From an uncultured Verrucomicrobiae bacterium (GTDB taxonomy: Bacteria > Verrucomicrobiota > Verrucomicrobiia > Palsa-1439): DNA of 64,000 nucleotides. This document shows, in pieces, positions 31,242 to 39,915 of this stretch; position 1 is the first letter of the stretch, and the number at the start of each line of letters is the position of its first letter. Under the pieces are notes generated by a model. It did not search any database, was not told the DNA's origin, and saw only the letters and a program-made list of their open reading frames with translations. The translations under genes and the position numbers were made by a program. Location of the stretch: contig CAVQGJ010000002.1 of assembly GCA_963712025.1 (NCBI GenBank), positions 131,005 through 195,004 of the forward strand. The letters are read 5' to 3'.

Positions 31242-32090
31242 TCACTTCTTCACAGCCAACTTCTGTTCCAGCCATGCGACCAACTTCTCTTTGTAGCTCG
31301 GGTCGAATTTGTCCCATTCGGTGATTCGATGCGGCGCGCCTTTGATCGTGACGATGTCGTTCGCGACGCCGTTATCCTTGAGCTTCGACATGAAGGCGAG
31401 GGTTTGGTCGTAGGGGACCGTCTTGTCAGCATCGCCCTGCACGAACAGAAATGGCGGCAGGCCCGGTTTGACGTAGTTGATTGCGGACATTTCCATCAAA
31501 AGCGCTCTCGTCGAATCGTCCGCCGTCTCGCGGCCAAACAGGGCTTGCAGCGATTTACTGAGGCCGCCGCGTCGTTCGGTGTCGGCCACCATATCCGTCG
31601 GTGGCGAAAAACCGACCACGGCTTGTACGCGTGTATCTTCCTTCGCCTGTACCGCGGCCAGACAGGCCAGTTGTCCGCCAGCGGAGTATCCCATCAGGGC
31701 CATGCGCTGCGGGTCGCCCTTGTACTCCGCGGCGTGGGCCTTGGCCCAGCGAATGGCGGTCTGCACGTCCTCGAAGCACGCCGGCCAGTGATTCGTCGGC
31801 GCCAGGCGGTAGTTGATCGAGAACCACGTAAACTCTCCGGACTTTGTCAGAGGCTCCAAGACCACGGTGATGTCCTTGTGTTTGTCACCAGTCATCCAAC
31901 CGCCGCCGTGCACCATGACGACCATCGGGAACGGCCCGGTGCCATCCGGGATATGCGCATCCAGCCGCAGGCTCTCACCCGACGCCCGGCCGTATTCGAT
32001 ATCCGGTTTGTCCTCGGCGAAGACAACGCCCGCGAACAAGGCGACCAGGGACAGCACTGCTCGAAACGTTCTAATGGAAGCTCCCGTCAT
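31242..32090 (-). CDS. secreted alpha/beta-hydrolase carbohydrate esterase (pectin acetyl/methyl-esterase candidate)
   Basis: From ATG 32090: signal peptide, HGGGW oxyanion motif, GYSAGG nucleophile elbow, C-terminal GDADKTVP..H. The specificity is inferred from the pectin context. Confidence 0.75.
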   Translation of the reverse strand: MTGASIRTFRAVLSLVALFAGVVFAEDKPDIEYGRASGESLRLDAHIPDGTGPFPMVVMVHGGGWMTGDKHKDITVVLEPLTKSGEFTWFSINYRLAPTNHWPACFEDVQTAIRWAKAHAAEYKGDPQRMALMGYSAGGQLACLAAVQAKEDTRVQAVVGFSPPTDMVADTERRGGLSKSLQALFGRETADDSTRALLMEMSAINYVKPGLPPFLFVQGDADKTVPYDQTLAFMSKLKDNGVANDIVTIKGAPHRITEWDKFDPSYKEKLVAWLEQKLAVKK

Positions 32091-32162
32091 CCGACGATTT
32101 CTCTTGCGCCAAATCAAAACCCTTCCCAGACTGTTTGGGAAGTTGAATCGAGGAGCATTTTC

Positions 32163-32795
32163 GTGCAGCCGATTCTTGAGAAACGAATCGTTCCCGTGGT
32201 CGTCATCGACAAGGCGGAAGACGCCGTGCCGCTGGCCGAGGCACTGCTCGCCAGTGGCCTCAACGTGATGGAGGTCACATTTCGGACGACCGCAGCCGCG
32301 GCGGCAATCCGCAACGTTCGCGAGGCGTTCCCGGCGATGTTCGTGGGCGCGGGTACGATCCTCGACCAGGACCAACTTCGTCGCGCCATCGATGCGGGCG
32401 CGCAATTCGGCGTCGCACCGGGCCTGAACGAGACAATCGTCTCAAAGGCGCTGGCCTTGGAACTGCCGTTCGTCCCCGGCGTGATGACGCCCTCCGACGT
32501 CGAACGCGGGCTGGCCCTGGGCTGCAAGCTCCAGAAGTTCTTCCCCGCCGAAGCCGCCGGCGGGGTGAAGATGCTCCAGGCGTTCGCGGGTCCGTTCGGG
32601 CCGGCCGGAGTGAAGTTCATTCCCTTGGGCGGCATCAACACCGGCAATGCCCGTGATTATCTGGCGCTGCCGATTGTCGCGGCCATCGGCGGATCGTGGA
32701 TGGTGGATCGCAAACTGATTGCACAGAGGAACTGGAAGACCATCCGCGAGTTGACTGCCGAAGCTGTGCGAATCGCGGCTGCATCTGCCGTTTGA
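32163..32795 (+). CDS. eda: 2-dehydro-3-deoxy-6-phosphogluconate (KDPG) / 4-hydroxy-2-oxoglutarate aldolase
   Basis: GTG 32163: VQPILEKRIVPVVVIDKAEDAVPLAEALLASGLNVMEVTFRT..GAGTI..KFFPAEAAGG is a full-length Eda match. The 5' part of ORF 31329..32795 is antisense to the esterase. Confidence 0.9.
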   Translation: MQPILEKRIVPVVVIDKAEDAVPLAEALLASGLNVMEVTFRTTAAAAAIRNVREAFPAMFVGAGTILDQDQLRRAIDAGAQFGVAPGLNETIVSKALALELPFVPGVMTPSDVERGLALGCKLQKFFPAEAAGGVKMLQAFAGPFGPAGVKFIPLGGINTGNARDYLALPIVAAIGGSWMVDRKLIAQRNWKTIRELTAEAVRIAAASAV

Positions 32796-33137
32796 CCGGA
32801 ATAATCTGCCGCGTTCCCGCGTTGGGCTTGGCCGACGATGTTAACTGCAAGAACCGAAGACAATCGCCCACCCATTCGATCCGGGCTTCTGGATGACGTG
32901 GTTACCACATCTTTGCCCATGGAAGTTACCATCACTGACCAACTTCGGGACACTTTACCCTGATTTGTTCCATGAAATAATTCCCGAGAAGCAAGGAAAA
33001 AAAGCGATTTGCCGTTGCGCCGAGCGCATTTCCTTGGTATCATTAAATCTGACAGGGAAGGGCGAGAGAGCGTGAGACGATCAGATGTATTGAACCCTGG
33101 AGGGCTTGTCGTCCTCTAATGACCAGTTTTCACTTGG

Positions 33138-35078
33138 TTGGAAAATCAATTTGCCCGTCAATACATCGCCATTTGGATTATGAGTAACATGATAATGCGC
33201 GCGGCACCCGGCGGCGACTCCACGGCCACTCGTGCCGCGGTGAAATCCGTGGCCGAGCTTGTGGCCCTGCAAGCGGCTGGCAAACCTGCTGCGGTGGCCG
33301 TGGCATCTGCCACCCGCGTCTTGAGCTACGGGGAACTGGATGCCAGAGCCGATGCACTGGCCGCCCAACTCCGTGGTCTGGGTGTCGGCCCGGACGTCGT
33401 GGTTGGACTGTGCATTCCCCGTTCGCCGGCCATGGTCGTTGCGGCGCTCGCGATTCTTAAAGCCGGCGGAGCGTATCTGCCGCTGGATCCATCCTATCCC
33501 GTGGCCCGGTTGGCATTCATGTTGGATGATGCGCAGGTTCCGGTGTTGATCACCGCGCATTGCGCGAAGGACCAAGCCCCTACCGGTGCGTACCAAGTCA
33601 TCACACTGGATGATTCAGGGCGCATCGTCGAATCCCCACCCCTGTTGCCTCCCGCTCGCCCGGAGCCGGAGTTTTCACTCAAGAACCTCGCCTACGTGAT
33701 CTACACGTCAGGTTCAACGGGCCAGCCGAAGGGTGTCGAGATTACACACGAAAGCTTGTTGAATTTGGTGCACTGGCATCAGCACGCGTTCCGCGTCACG
33801 CCGGCAGATCGCGCCAGCCAGGTCGCCAAGGTGGGATTCGATGCCGCCGTATGGGAAGTCTGGCCGTATTTGACCGTCGGCGCCAGCCTCTACACGGTCG
33901 ACGAAGAAACGGTGGGCGACCCGGAGTCACTGCGCGATTGGCTGGTAGCGCAGAGCATCACCATTGGTTTCATTCCCACGCCAATGGCGGAACAGCTCTT
34001 GATGTTGCCGTGGCCGGCAAAGACCGCGTTGCGCACGATGCTCACGGGAGCCGATACACTCCACTATTACCCGCCCGCCGCACTTCCATTCGAGTTGATC
34101 AACAATTACGGCCCGACCGAATGTACGGTGGTGACCACGTCGGGGCCGGTGCATGCGAACGGCACGACGGATCGTCTTCCCGCCATCGGGCGGCCAATCG
34201 AAAAAATGCAGGTCTACATTTTGGACGAATCCGGCCAGCCGGTATCGTCGGGTGTGCCGGGCGAACTTTACATCGGCGGCGTTGGGCTGGCACGGGGCTA
34301 CCGGAACCGGCCCGAGTTGACCGCGGCGCGGTTCGTGTCGAGTCCGGTTGGCGCCGAACCAAAGGGACGACTCTTCAAAACGGGTGACATGGCCAAGTTT
34401 CTCCCCGACGGGCAAATCGCCTTCCTGGGGCGCACCGATGAGCAGGTTAAGGTGCGCGGCCACCGCGTCGAACCCAACGAAGTCACCGCGGTGCTGAACG
34501 GACATCCACAGGTGCGGCAAAGCACCGTTGTCGCTCGTGAACTCGCCCCGGGCGATGTCCAACTGATCGGCTATTTCGTTGCCGCGCCCGAGTCGCAACC
34601 CACACCCGGTGAGTTGCGCGATTTCCTCGGCGCCCGTCTGCCGGATTACATGATCCCGGCCATGTACGTGCGGTTGGAGAAACTGCCGTTGACCCCGAAC
34701 GGGAAGGTGGATCGAGCGGCCCTGCCCGTGCCGGACGACACCAACACCCTGCGGGACAGCGCGTTCACCGCCCCCCGGACCGACATGGAAAAAGCCGTGG
34801 CCGGCATCCTGGGTCGTCTCCTGGGACTCGAAAAAGTGGACGTGGAAGAGAACTTCTTTGCGCTTGGGGGTCACTCGCTTCTGGGAGCGCAACTCATGGC
34901 CCGTGTGCGCGACACCTTCGGGGTCGAAGTGCCCCTGAGGATGCTGTTCGAGTCTCCCACGGTGGCCGAATTGTCCGCCGAAATCGAACGACTGCTTGTC
35001 GCCAAACTTCAGGCGACGAGCGAAAGCGACGTACAGCGCCTTCTCGATTCGACCCCGCAGACGGAAGCCGGAGCCTAG
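33138..35078 (+). CDS. NRPS adenylation + peptidyl-carrier didomain protein (A-T)
   Basis: A3 LAYVIYTSGSTGQPKGV, A4 FDAAVWE, A5 NNYGPTE, A7 FKTGD, A8 GRTDEQVKVRGHRVE, A10 PNGKVDR. PCP motif FFALGGHSLL. Start is TTG 33138 or ATG 33180. Confidence 0.9.
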   Translation: MENQFARQYIAIWIMSNMIMRAAPGGDSTATRAAVKSVAELVALQAAGKPAAVAVASATRVLSYGELDARADALAAQLRGLGVGPDVVVGLCIPRSPAMVVAALAILKAGGAYLPLDPSYPVARLAFMLDDAQVPVLITAHCAKDQAPTGAYQVITLDDSGRIVESPPLLPPARPEPEFSLKNLAYVIYTSGSTGQPKGVEITHESLLNLVHWHQHAFRVTPADRASQVAKVGFDAAVWEVWPYLTVGASLYTVDEETVGDPESLRDWLVAQSITIGFIPTPMAEQLLMLPWPAKTALRTMLTGADTLHYYPPAALPFELINNYGPTECTVVTTSGPVHANGTTDRLPAIGRPIEKMQVYILDESGQPVSSGVPGELYIGGVGLARGYRNRPELTAARFVSSPVGAEPKGRLFKTGDMAKFLPDGQIAFLGRTDEQVKVRGHRVEPNEVTAVLNGHPQVRQSTVVARELAPGDVQLIGYFVAAPESQPTPGELRDFLGARLPDYMIPAMYVRLEKLPLTPNGKVDRAALPVPDDTNTLRDSAFTAPRTDMEKAVAGILGRLLGLEKVDVEENFFALGGHSLLGAQLMARVRDTFGVEVPLRMLFESPTVAELSAEIERLLVAKLQATSESDVQRLLDSTPQTEAGA

Positions 35079-35083
35079 TCACC

Positions 35084-36352
35084 GTGACCGCCAAACCGCA
35101 CGTTTCGGCCGGTGAGAGGAAGAAGGCTTCGGACCTGAGCTTGTTTCAACTGCTTGACCCCGAGGTCCTCGCCGACCCCTATCCGTTGTACCACCGGCTC
35201 CGCCGCGAAGACCCGGTGCATTGGGACCCGTACCTGCATTCCTGGGTCGTCACGCGCTACGATGACGTGGTCCGGGTGTTGCGCGATTTTTCCGCCGACC
35301 GCACGCCGACCGCCGAGCAATTGACCGCCATGGATCTTTCGGCGATGAACCCCATCGCCAAAGTCATGGTCAAGCAGATGTTATTTCTGGATCCTCCGTC
35401 CCATACGCGCATCCGCGCCCTGGCGTCCGCCGCGTTCACCCCGCAACGGGTGGAAGTCCTGCGGTCGCACATTCGGGACATTGTCCGGGATTTGCTGGGC
35501 AAGGTGAAGCAGAAGGGACGCGCCGACCTGATCGCCGATCTGGCCGAGCCGCTCCCGTGCATTGTGACGGCGGAAATGCTCGGGGTACCGGTCGAAGACC
35601 ATCGCCAATTGAAGTTGTGGTCGCAGGATTTCGCCGAGATGCTCGGCAACTTCCAGCACAACCCCGACCGCGTCCCGAAGATCCTGAAGAGCACGCAGGA
35701 AATGACCGCCTATTTTCACCGGGCCATGCACTGGGACAAGTTGCGGCCGGATGGTTTGGTCGCTTCGTTGATGAACGCCCGGGTGCAGGGAGATCGTTTG
35801 ACCGAGGAAGAAGTGGTCGCCAATTCCATCGTGACCATGATCGGCGGACAGGAAACCACGACCAACCTCATCGGCAACGGCACGCTCTCGCTGTTGCGCA
35901 ATCCCGACCAGCTCGAGAAGCTTCGCGGAGACCTTTCCCTGATTCCCTTCGCAACGGAAGAGTTGCTGCGGTATGAGAGCCCCAGCCAGCACACCGCGCG
36001 GCTCACCCCGGAAGACACCGAGCTGGGAGGCAAACAGATTCGCAAACGCCAGGCGGTCATGGCGATCATGGCGGCGGCAAACCGCGATCCGGACCGGTTC
36101 CCCGATCCCGATCGACTGGACATTACCCGCCAGGACAACCGGCATGTGGCCTTCGGATACGGCGCCCATTACTGTTTCGGCGCGCCGTTGGCGCGGATCG
36201 AGGGCCAGATTGCTTTCGAGGAGATGATCCGCTTCTTCCCGCATTGGTCGCTGGAGCCCGGGCTGCTGACGTGGCGGACCAATTCGGGCCTGCGCGGCTT
36301 GACGTCGTTGGGGGTAAACTTTACCGGTAACAACCGTCCGCAACAGACATGA
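35084..36352 (+). CDS. cytochrome P450
   Basis: I-helix GGQETT, EELLRYE (ExxR), heme ligand loop FGYGAHYCFGAPLAR. Starts 6 nt after the A-T gene. Confidence 0.9.
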   Translation: MTAKPHVSAGERKKASDLSLFQLLDPEVLADPYPLYHRLRREDPVHWDPYLHSWVVTRYDDVVRVLRDFSADRTPTAEQLTAMDLSAMNPIAKVMVKQMLFLDPPSHTRIRALASAAFTPQRVEVLRSHIRDIVRDLLGKVKQKGRADLIADLAEPLPCIVTAEMLGVPVEDHRQLKLWSQDFAEMLGNFQHNPDRVPKILKSTQEMTAYFHRAMHWDKLRPDGLVASLMNARVQGDRLTEEEVVANSIVTMIGGQETTTNLIGNGTLSLLRNPDQLEKLRGDLSLIPFATEELLRYESPSQHTARLTPEDTELGGKQIRKRQAVMAIMAAANRDPDRFPDPDRLDITRQDNRHVAFGYGAHYCFGAPLARIEGQIAFEEMIRFFPHWSLEPGLLTWRTNSGLRGLTSLGVNFTGNNRPQQT

Positions 36353-36473
36353 CCAAAGCCGAATCCATTCCGAACACGGGGTCGCTCTCCACGGCCAGGC
36401 AACGGCTGTTGGAAAAGCGATCGCGTGGAGGTCAGACTGCGCGCCACGCCGAATTACCACCCGCGAGGGCCTC

Positions 36474-39071
36474 ATGAGCGGTAGTAGCCTCCAGCGGGCC
36501 GTGCCGGCCAATCCGACGGGATCTCAGCCACCCGCCGCCGGCCCTAAATCTTCACACAGGTCGAAAGTCTTGCTGGGTCAGGTCCAAAAGGAGAACCCGG
36601 AATTGCGGGCTGAAGACGCGTTTATCGTGCCGGCATGGTTTTCGGAACAGAAAGTATGGTTGCGAGACCCACTGCGCTCGGACAGCTACGTGTACAACTT
36701 CCCGGTTCTCCTCCGCCTGCGCGGGCCACTCAACGAAAGAGCGTTGCGGGGCGGGCTTCAGCAGATCGTACGACGCCACGAAGTGTTGCGCTCCGTCTTC
36801 CGCATCTTGGATGGAGAACTCGTGCAGATTGTCGTGCCCGCCCCAGAGCTGTCCCTCCCGGTCACAGACCTGAGTGATTTGCCCGAGTCCGCGCGCGATG
36901 CGCGAGTGCGGGAACTCGCCCTCGAAGAGGCCAATCGTCCCTTCGATCTGGCGCAAGGCCCGGTGTTTCGTGGCCGGCTCATTCGTCGGACGACAGGCGA
37001 TCACATCCTGCAACTCACGACCCACCAACTCGTGTACGACGAGTGGTGCACGGGCGTCTTGATCCGCGAGTTATCCGCGTCGTATCAAGCGTTCGCAGCA
37101 GGGACGACGCCGACCGAACCGGGCCCGGCGCATCCGTATGGCGATTTCGTGCGCTGGCAGGAGGCGCGGTTCCAAGGCGCCGCGTTGGAATCAGAGTTGG
37201 CCTACTGGAAACAGCAGCTCGACAGCCCGACCGGCTTCCAACACCTGCCAACCGACCACGCGCGTCCGGCGGTGCCCACGCACCGGGGCGCGAGGGAAAC
37301 GGCTGCGCTGCCGGCCGACCTGGCGAACTCGCTGAAGGTGATGAGCCGGCAGGAGCGGGTCAGCCTGTTCATGGTCTTGCTCGCCGGATTCCAGTGTCTG
37401 CTGCACCGTTATTCGAACGACGAGGAGATCGGCGTGGCCTCGTGCGTGGCGAACCGCGCCTTGCTGGAGGTTGAAGGATCAATCGGCCGGTTCGCCAACC
37501 ACACGGTCCTCCGCACCAGTCTGTCCGGGAACCCCAGCTTTCGCGAGTTGCTCAAGCGCGTGCGGGAGGTTGCCCTGAGCGTCTATTCGCACCAGGAACT
37601 GCCGTTCGCCGCAGTGTTGGAGAAGGCGGGCAACGGCTCGGGTCCCACCCGTCACCCGCCATTTCAAACGATGTTCATCCTGCAAAACGCGCCCAAGGAA
37701 ACCTGGCAACTTCCGGGACTGGAGGCAACCTGGCTGCCGCTGTACCCGGGGACCACGACGCATGACTTGATCGTCTGGCTGACGAGCGAGCCCGCGCTCG
37801 AAGTTACCCTGGAGTACAGCACCGACTTGCTCAACGCGGCGACGATGAGACGGATCCTCGACGACTACCAGTCGATCCTGGCGGCAATGGCGAAGGACCC
37901 CGGGGCGCTCGTCAACGCCATACCGATTTCCGCCGCGCCGGTTCCCAAGCCCGATCACGCACAGCCACCCCTCTCAACATCGAGCAACGGCACGAGATCC
38001 GGGGACAACGCTCGCGTCGAATCACGGTTGATCGAACTCTGGGAAGCGGCATTCGGGTTGCATCCAATTCGCGCGGACCAAAACTTCTTCGAACTGGGTG
38101 GAGATTCTCTCCTCGCGGCGCGGTTGTTCACGCAAATCGAGAAAGTCTTCAAGACAAAACTGCCGTTGGCCACGCTCGTGGAGTCGCCCACGATCGGGCA
38201 ACTGGCGGAGATTCTTTCCGCACCGGCAACGCATTCGCCGAGTTCCTGCCTGGTCGCGGTCCAGCCCAAGGGAACGCAGCCTCCGCTGTTTTGCGTCCAC
38301 GGGCACGCGGGCGAAATCTTCTACTGCTGGAACCTGTCCCGATGCCTGGGAATGGACCAGCCGCTTTTCGGGTTGAGGGCCAAGGGCCTCAGCGAGAAGA
38401 CCGCTCATTACACCGTCGAGGAGATGGCCGCCCATTATCTCCAGGAGATTCTCGCCGTTCAGCCACACGGGCCGTATTACCTCGGCGGCTACTGCTTTGG
38501 CGGCCTGGTGGCGTACGACATGGCCCGGCTGTTGAGCGCCCAGGGCGAAACCGTGGCACTCCTCGCCTTGTTCAATACCCCGGCCCCAAGATCCCTGGAT
38601 GGTTGGCCGTTGCAGCAGACGTATCTCACGAAGAGAATCGCCCACGAGTTGCGGAAGCTCGGCGAACTCGGCATCCGCGACAAGCTGGAGGCTCTCGGCG
38701 CGAAGACGGCGGGGCTCGGCCGGCTCGCTCTCGGTACCATCAAGGAAACCGTCTGGAAGATTTCCGTCAAATACCCGCTCGGCCGCGCCGAGAAATGGAC
38801 GCAGCGATTGTTGGACATCCCCGATATCAACATTGCCGCGGCCAAGGCCTACGCTCCCGGTCCCTACCCGGGCCGGGGCATCCTGTTCCTCACGGAAGAA
38901 GCACCGTCGCTCTACAGCATCGACCCGAAGTCCGGCTGGACTCCCCTGATCAAAGGCGGAATCGAGGCGTACGACGTCGAAGGGGACAACATTTCCATGT
39001 TTGACACGCGCTACATCGAGGTCCTGGCCGGGAAATTGAAGTCCTGCATCAACCGCGCGCACAACGCCTAG
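36474..39071 (+). CDS. NRPS condensation-like + carrier + thioesterase-like protein (C*-T-TE*) with atypical catalytic motifs
   Basis: C2 RRHEVLRSVF, C4 YGDFVRW, C5 IGRFANHTVLRT are present, but C3 reads THQLVYDEW. PCP motif FFELGGDSLL. TE region LFCVHGHAGE..GGYCFGG..LALFNT..GDNISMF. Confidence 0.9.
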   Translation: MSGSSLQRAVPANPTGSQPPAAGPKSSHRSKVLLGQVQKENPELRAEDAFIVPAWFSEQKVWLRDPLRSDSYVYNFPVLLRLRGPLNERALRGGLQQIVRRHEVLRSVFRILDGELVQIVVPAPELSLPVTDLSDLPESARDARVRELALEEANRPFDLAQGPVFRGRLIRRTTGDHILQLTTHQLVYDEWCTGVLIRELSASYQAFAAGTTPTEPGPAHPYGDFVRWQEARFQGAALESELAYWKQQLDSPTGFQHLPTDHARPAVPTHRGARETAALPADLANSLKVMSRQERVSLFMVLLAGFQCLLHRYSNDEEIGVASCVANRALLEVEGSIGRFANHTVLRTSLSGNPSFRELLKRVREVALSVYSHQELPFAAVLEKAGNGSGPTRHPPFQTMFILQNAPKETWQLPGLEATWLPLYPGTTTHDLIVWLTSEPALEVTLEYSTDLLNAATMRRILDDYQSILAAMAKDPGALVNAIPISAAPVPKPDHAQPPLSTSSNGTRSGDNARVESRLIELWEAAFGLHPIRADQNFFELGGDSLLAARLFTQIEKVFKTKLPLATLVESPTIGQLAEILSAPATHSPSSCLVAVQPKGTQPPLFCVHGHAGEIFYCWNLSRCLGMDQPLFGLRAKGLSEKTAHYTVEEMAAHYLQEILAVQPHGPYYLGGYCFGGLVAYDMARLLSAQGETVALLALFNTPAPRSLDGWPLQQTYLTKRIAHELRKLGELGIRDKLEALGAKTAGLGRLALGTIKETVWKISVKYPLGRAEKWTQRLLDIPDINIAAAKAYAPGPYPGRGILFLTEEAPSLYSIDPKSGWTPLIKGGIEAYDVEGDNISMFDTRYIEVLAGKLKSCINRAHNA

Positions 39072-39811
39072 CCAATCTCCCACTGGAAACATTGGAACGC
39101 GACGTTGTCGGTTTCGACCGCTGCCGCCCCCAAGTAGCCCGGTGCCGGCGTCAGATGCTCGAGGGTCCAGTGTCGGGAAACATCGGGGTCGTCGAAGGCG
39201 CGCAAAATGGCGGCCGGTTCGCCGGGAGACAAACTCACTTCCACTCGATCCAACCCGTACGACACACCTTCGCCCCGTCCCTTCAGGTACGCTTCCTTGC
39301 GGGTCCAACAACAAAAGAACGCTTCCAACCGCCGGTCGGAAGACAGTGCGCGAAGCTTCTGGAATTCGTTCGGGGAAAAATGGCCCTTCGCCAGATTTTC
39401 AACGTCGATATCCTCGCGGACGCGCTCGATATCGACTCCGATCCTGCGCCCCCGCGCAAAGCCGAAAAGCCCCACGTCCGCGGAATGGGAAACGCTGAAG
39501 CGCGCGGAAGCGGCCTGCGCCCCGCCGTCGAGGCCGGGTTTGCCGAACTTGTCGTAAGTGAAACGGAGTTGGCCCGGTTCGGTTTCCACATACGCCCCCA
39601 ACAAGGTCCGCAACGATGCCCGAGCGGCCATGTACCGCCGGGCATCCACACCGCTCAAGAATTGGCTGGCGCGGGCTCGTTCGTCGGGCGACAGAATCGA
39701 CCGGAAGCCCGGCAATTGCTCCGGCACGAGGTCGAGAGCAACGACCCATAGATGCGCCTCGGCATTGCCCAGGTCGCCCGGCTGTGTGCGGGATGGCCAC
39801 GGACTTGTCAT
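39068..39811 (-). CDS. Sfp-type 4'-phosphopantetheinyl transferase
   Basis: From ATG 39811: ..FSVSHSADVGLFGFA..IGVDIE..WTRKEAYLKGRGEG.. (PPTase motifs). Convergent with the C-T-TE gene; the two stop codons share the palindrome CTAG at 39068-39071. Confidence 0.85.
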   Translation of the reverse strand: MTSPWPSRTQPGDLGNAEAHLWVVALDLVPEQLPGFRSILSPDERARASQFLSGVDARRYMAARASLRTLLGAYVETEPGQLRFTYDKFGKPGLDGGAQAASARFSVSHSADVGLFGFARGRRIGVDIERVREDIDVENLAKGHFSPNEFQKLRALSSDRRLEAFFCCWTRKEAYLKGRGEGVSYGLDRVEVSLSPGEPAAILRAFDDPDVSRHWTLEHLTPAPGYLGAAAVETDNVAFQCFQWEIG

Positions 39812-39915
39812 GGTTGGATCCTCTCTATACCATTGACCTGACCGTGAGAGAAAGGTTAGAAGTCGCTCCGGTCGTAGCGGATGAAGGGGCGAAGGCAATC
39901 AGCGATACGAGATTC

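Noticed and set aside
31329-32162. N-terminal 278 codons of the 488-aa ORF 31329..32795
   Set aside because: This part is antisense to the esterase gene and has no homology. Eda homology starts at the in-frame GTG 32163.
33927-39314. Long minus-strand ORFs (33927..34892, 35381..36511, 38022..39314) across the NRPS genes
   Set aside because: They are antisense to the A-T, P450 and C-T-TE genes, all of which carry canonical motifs in the plus frames.
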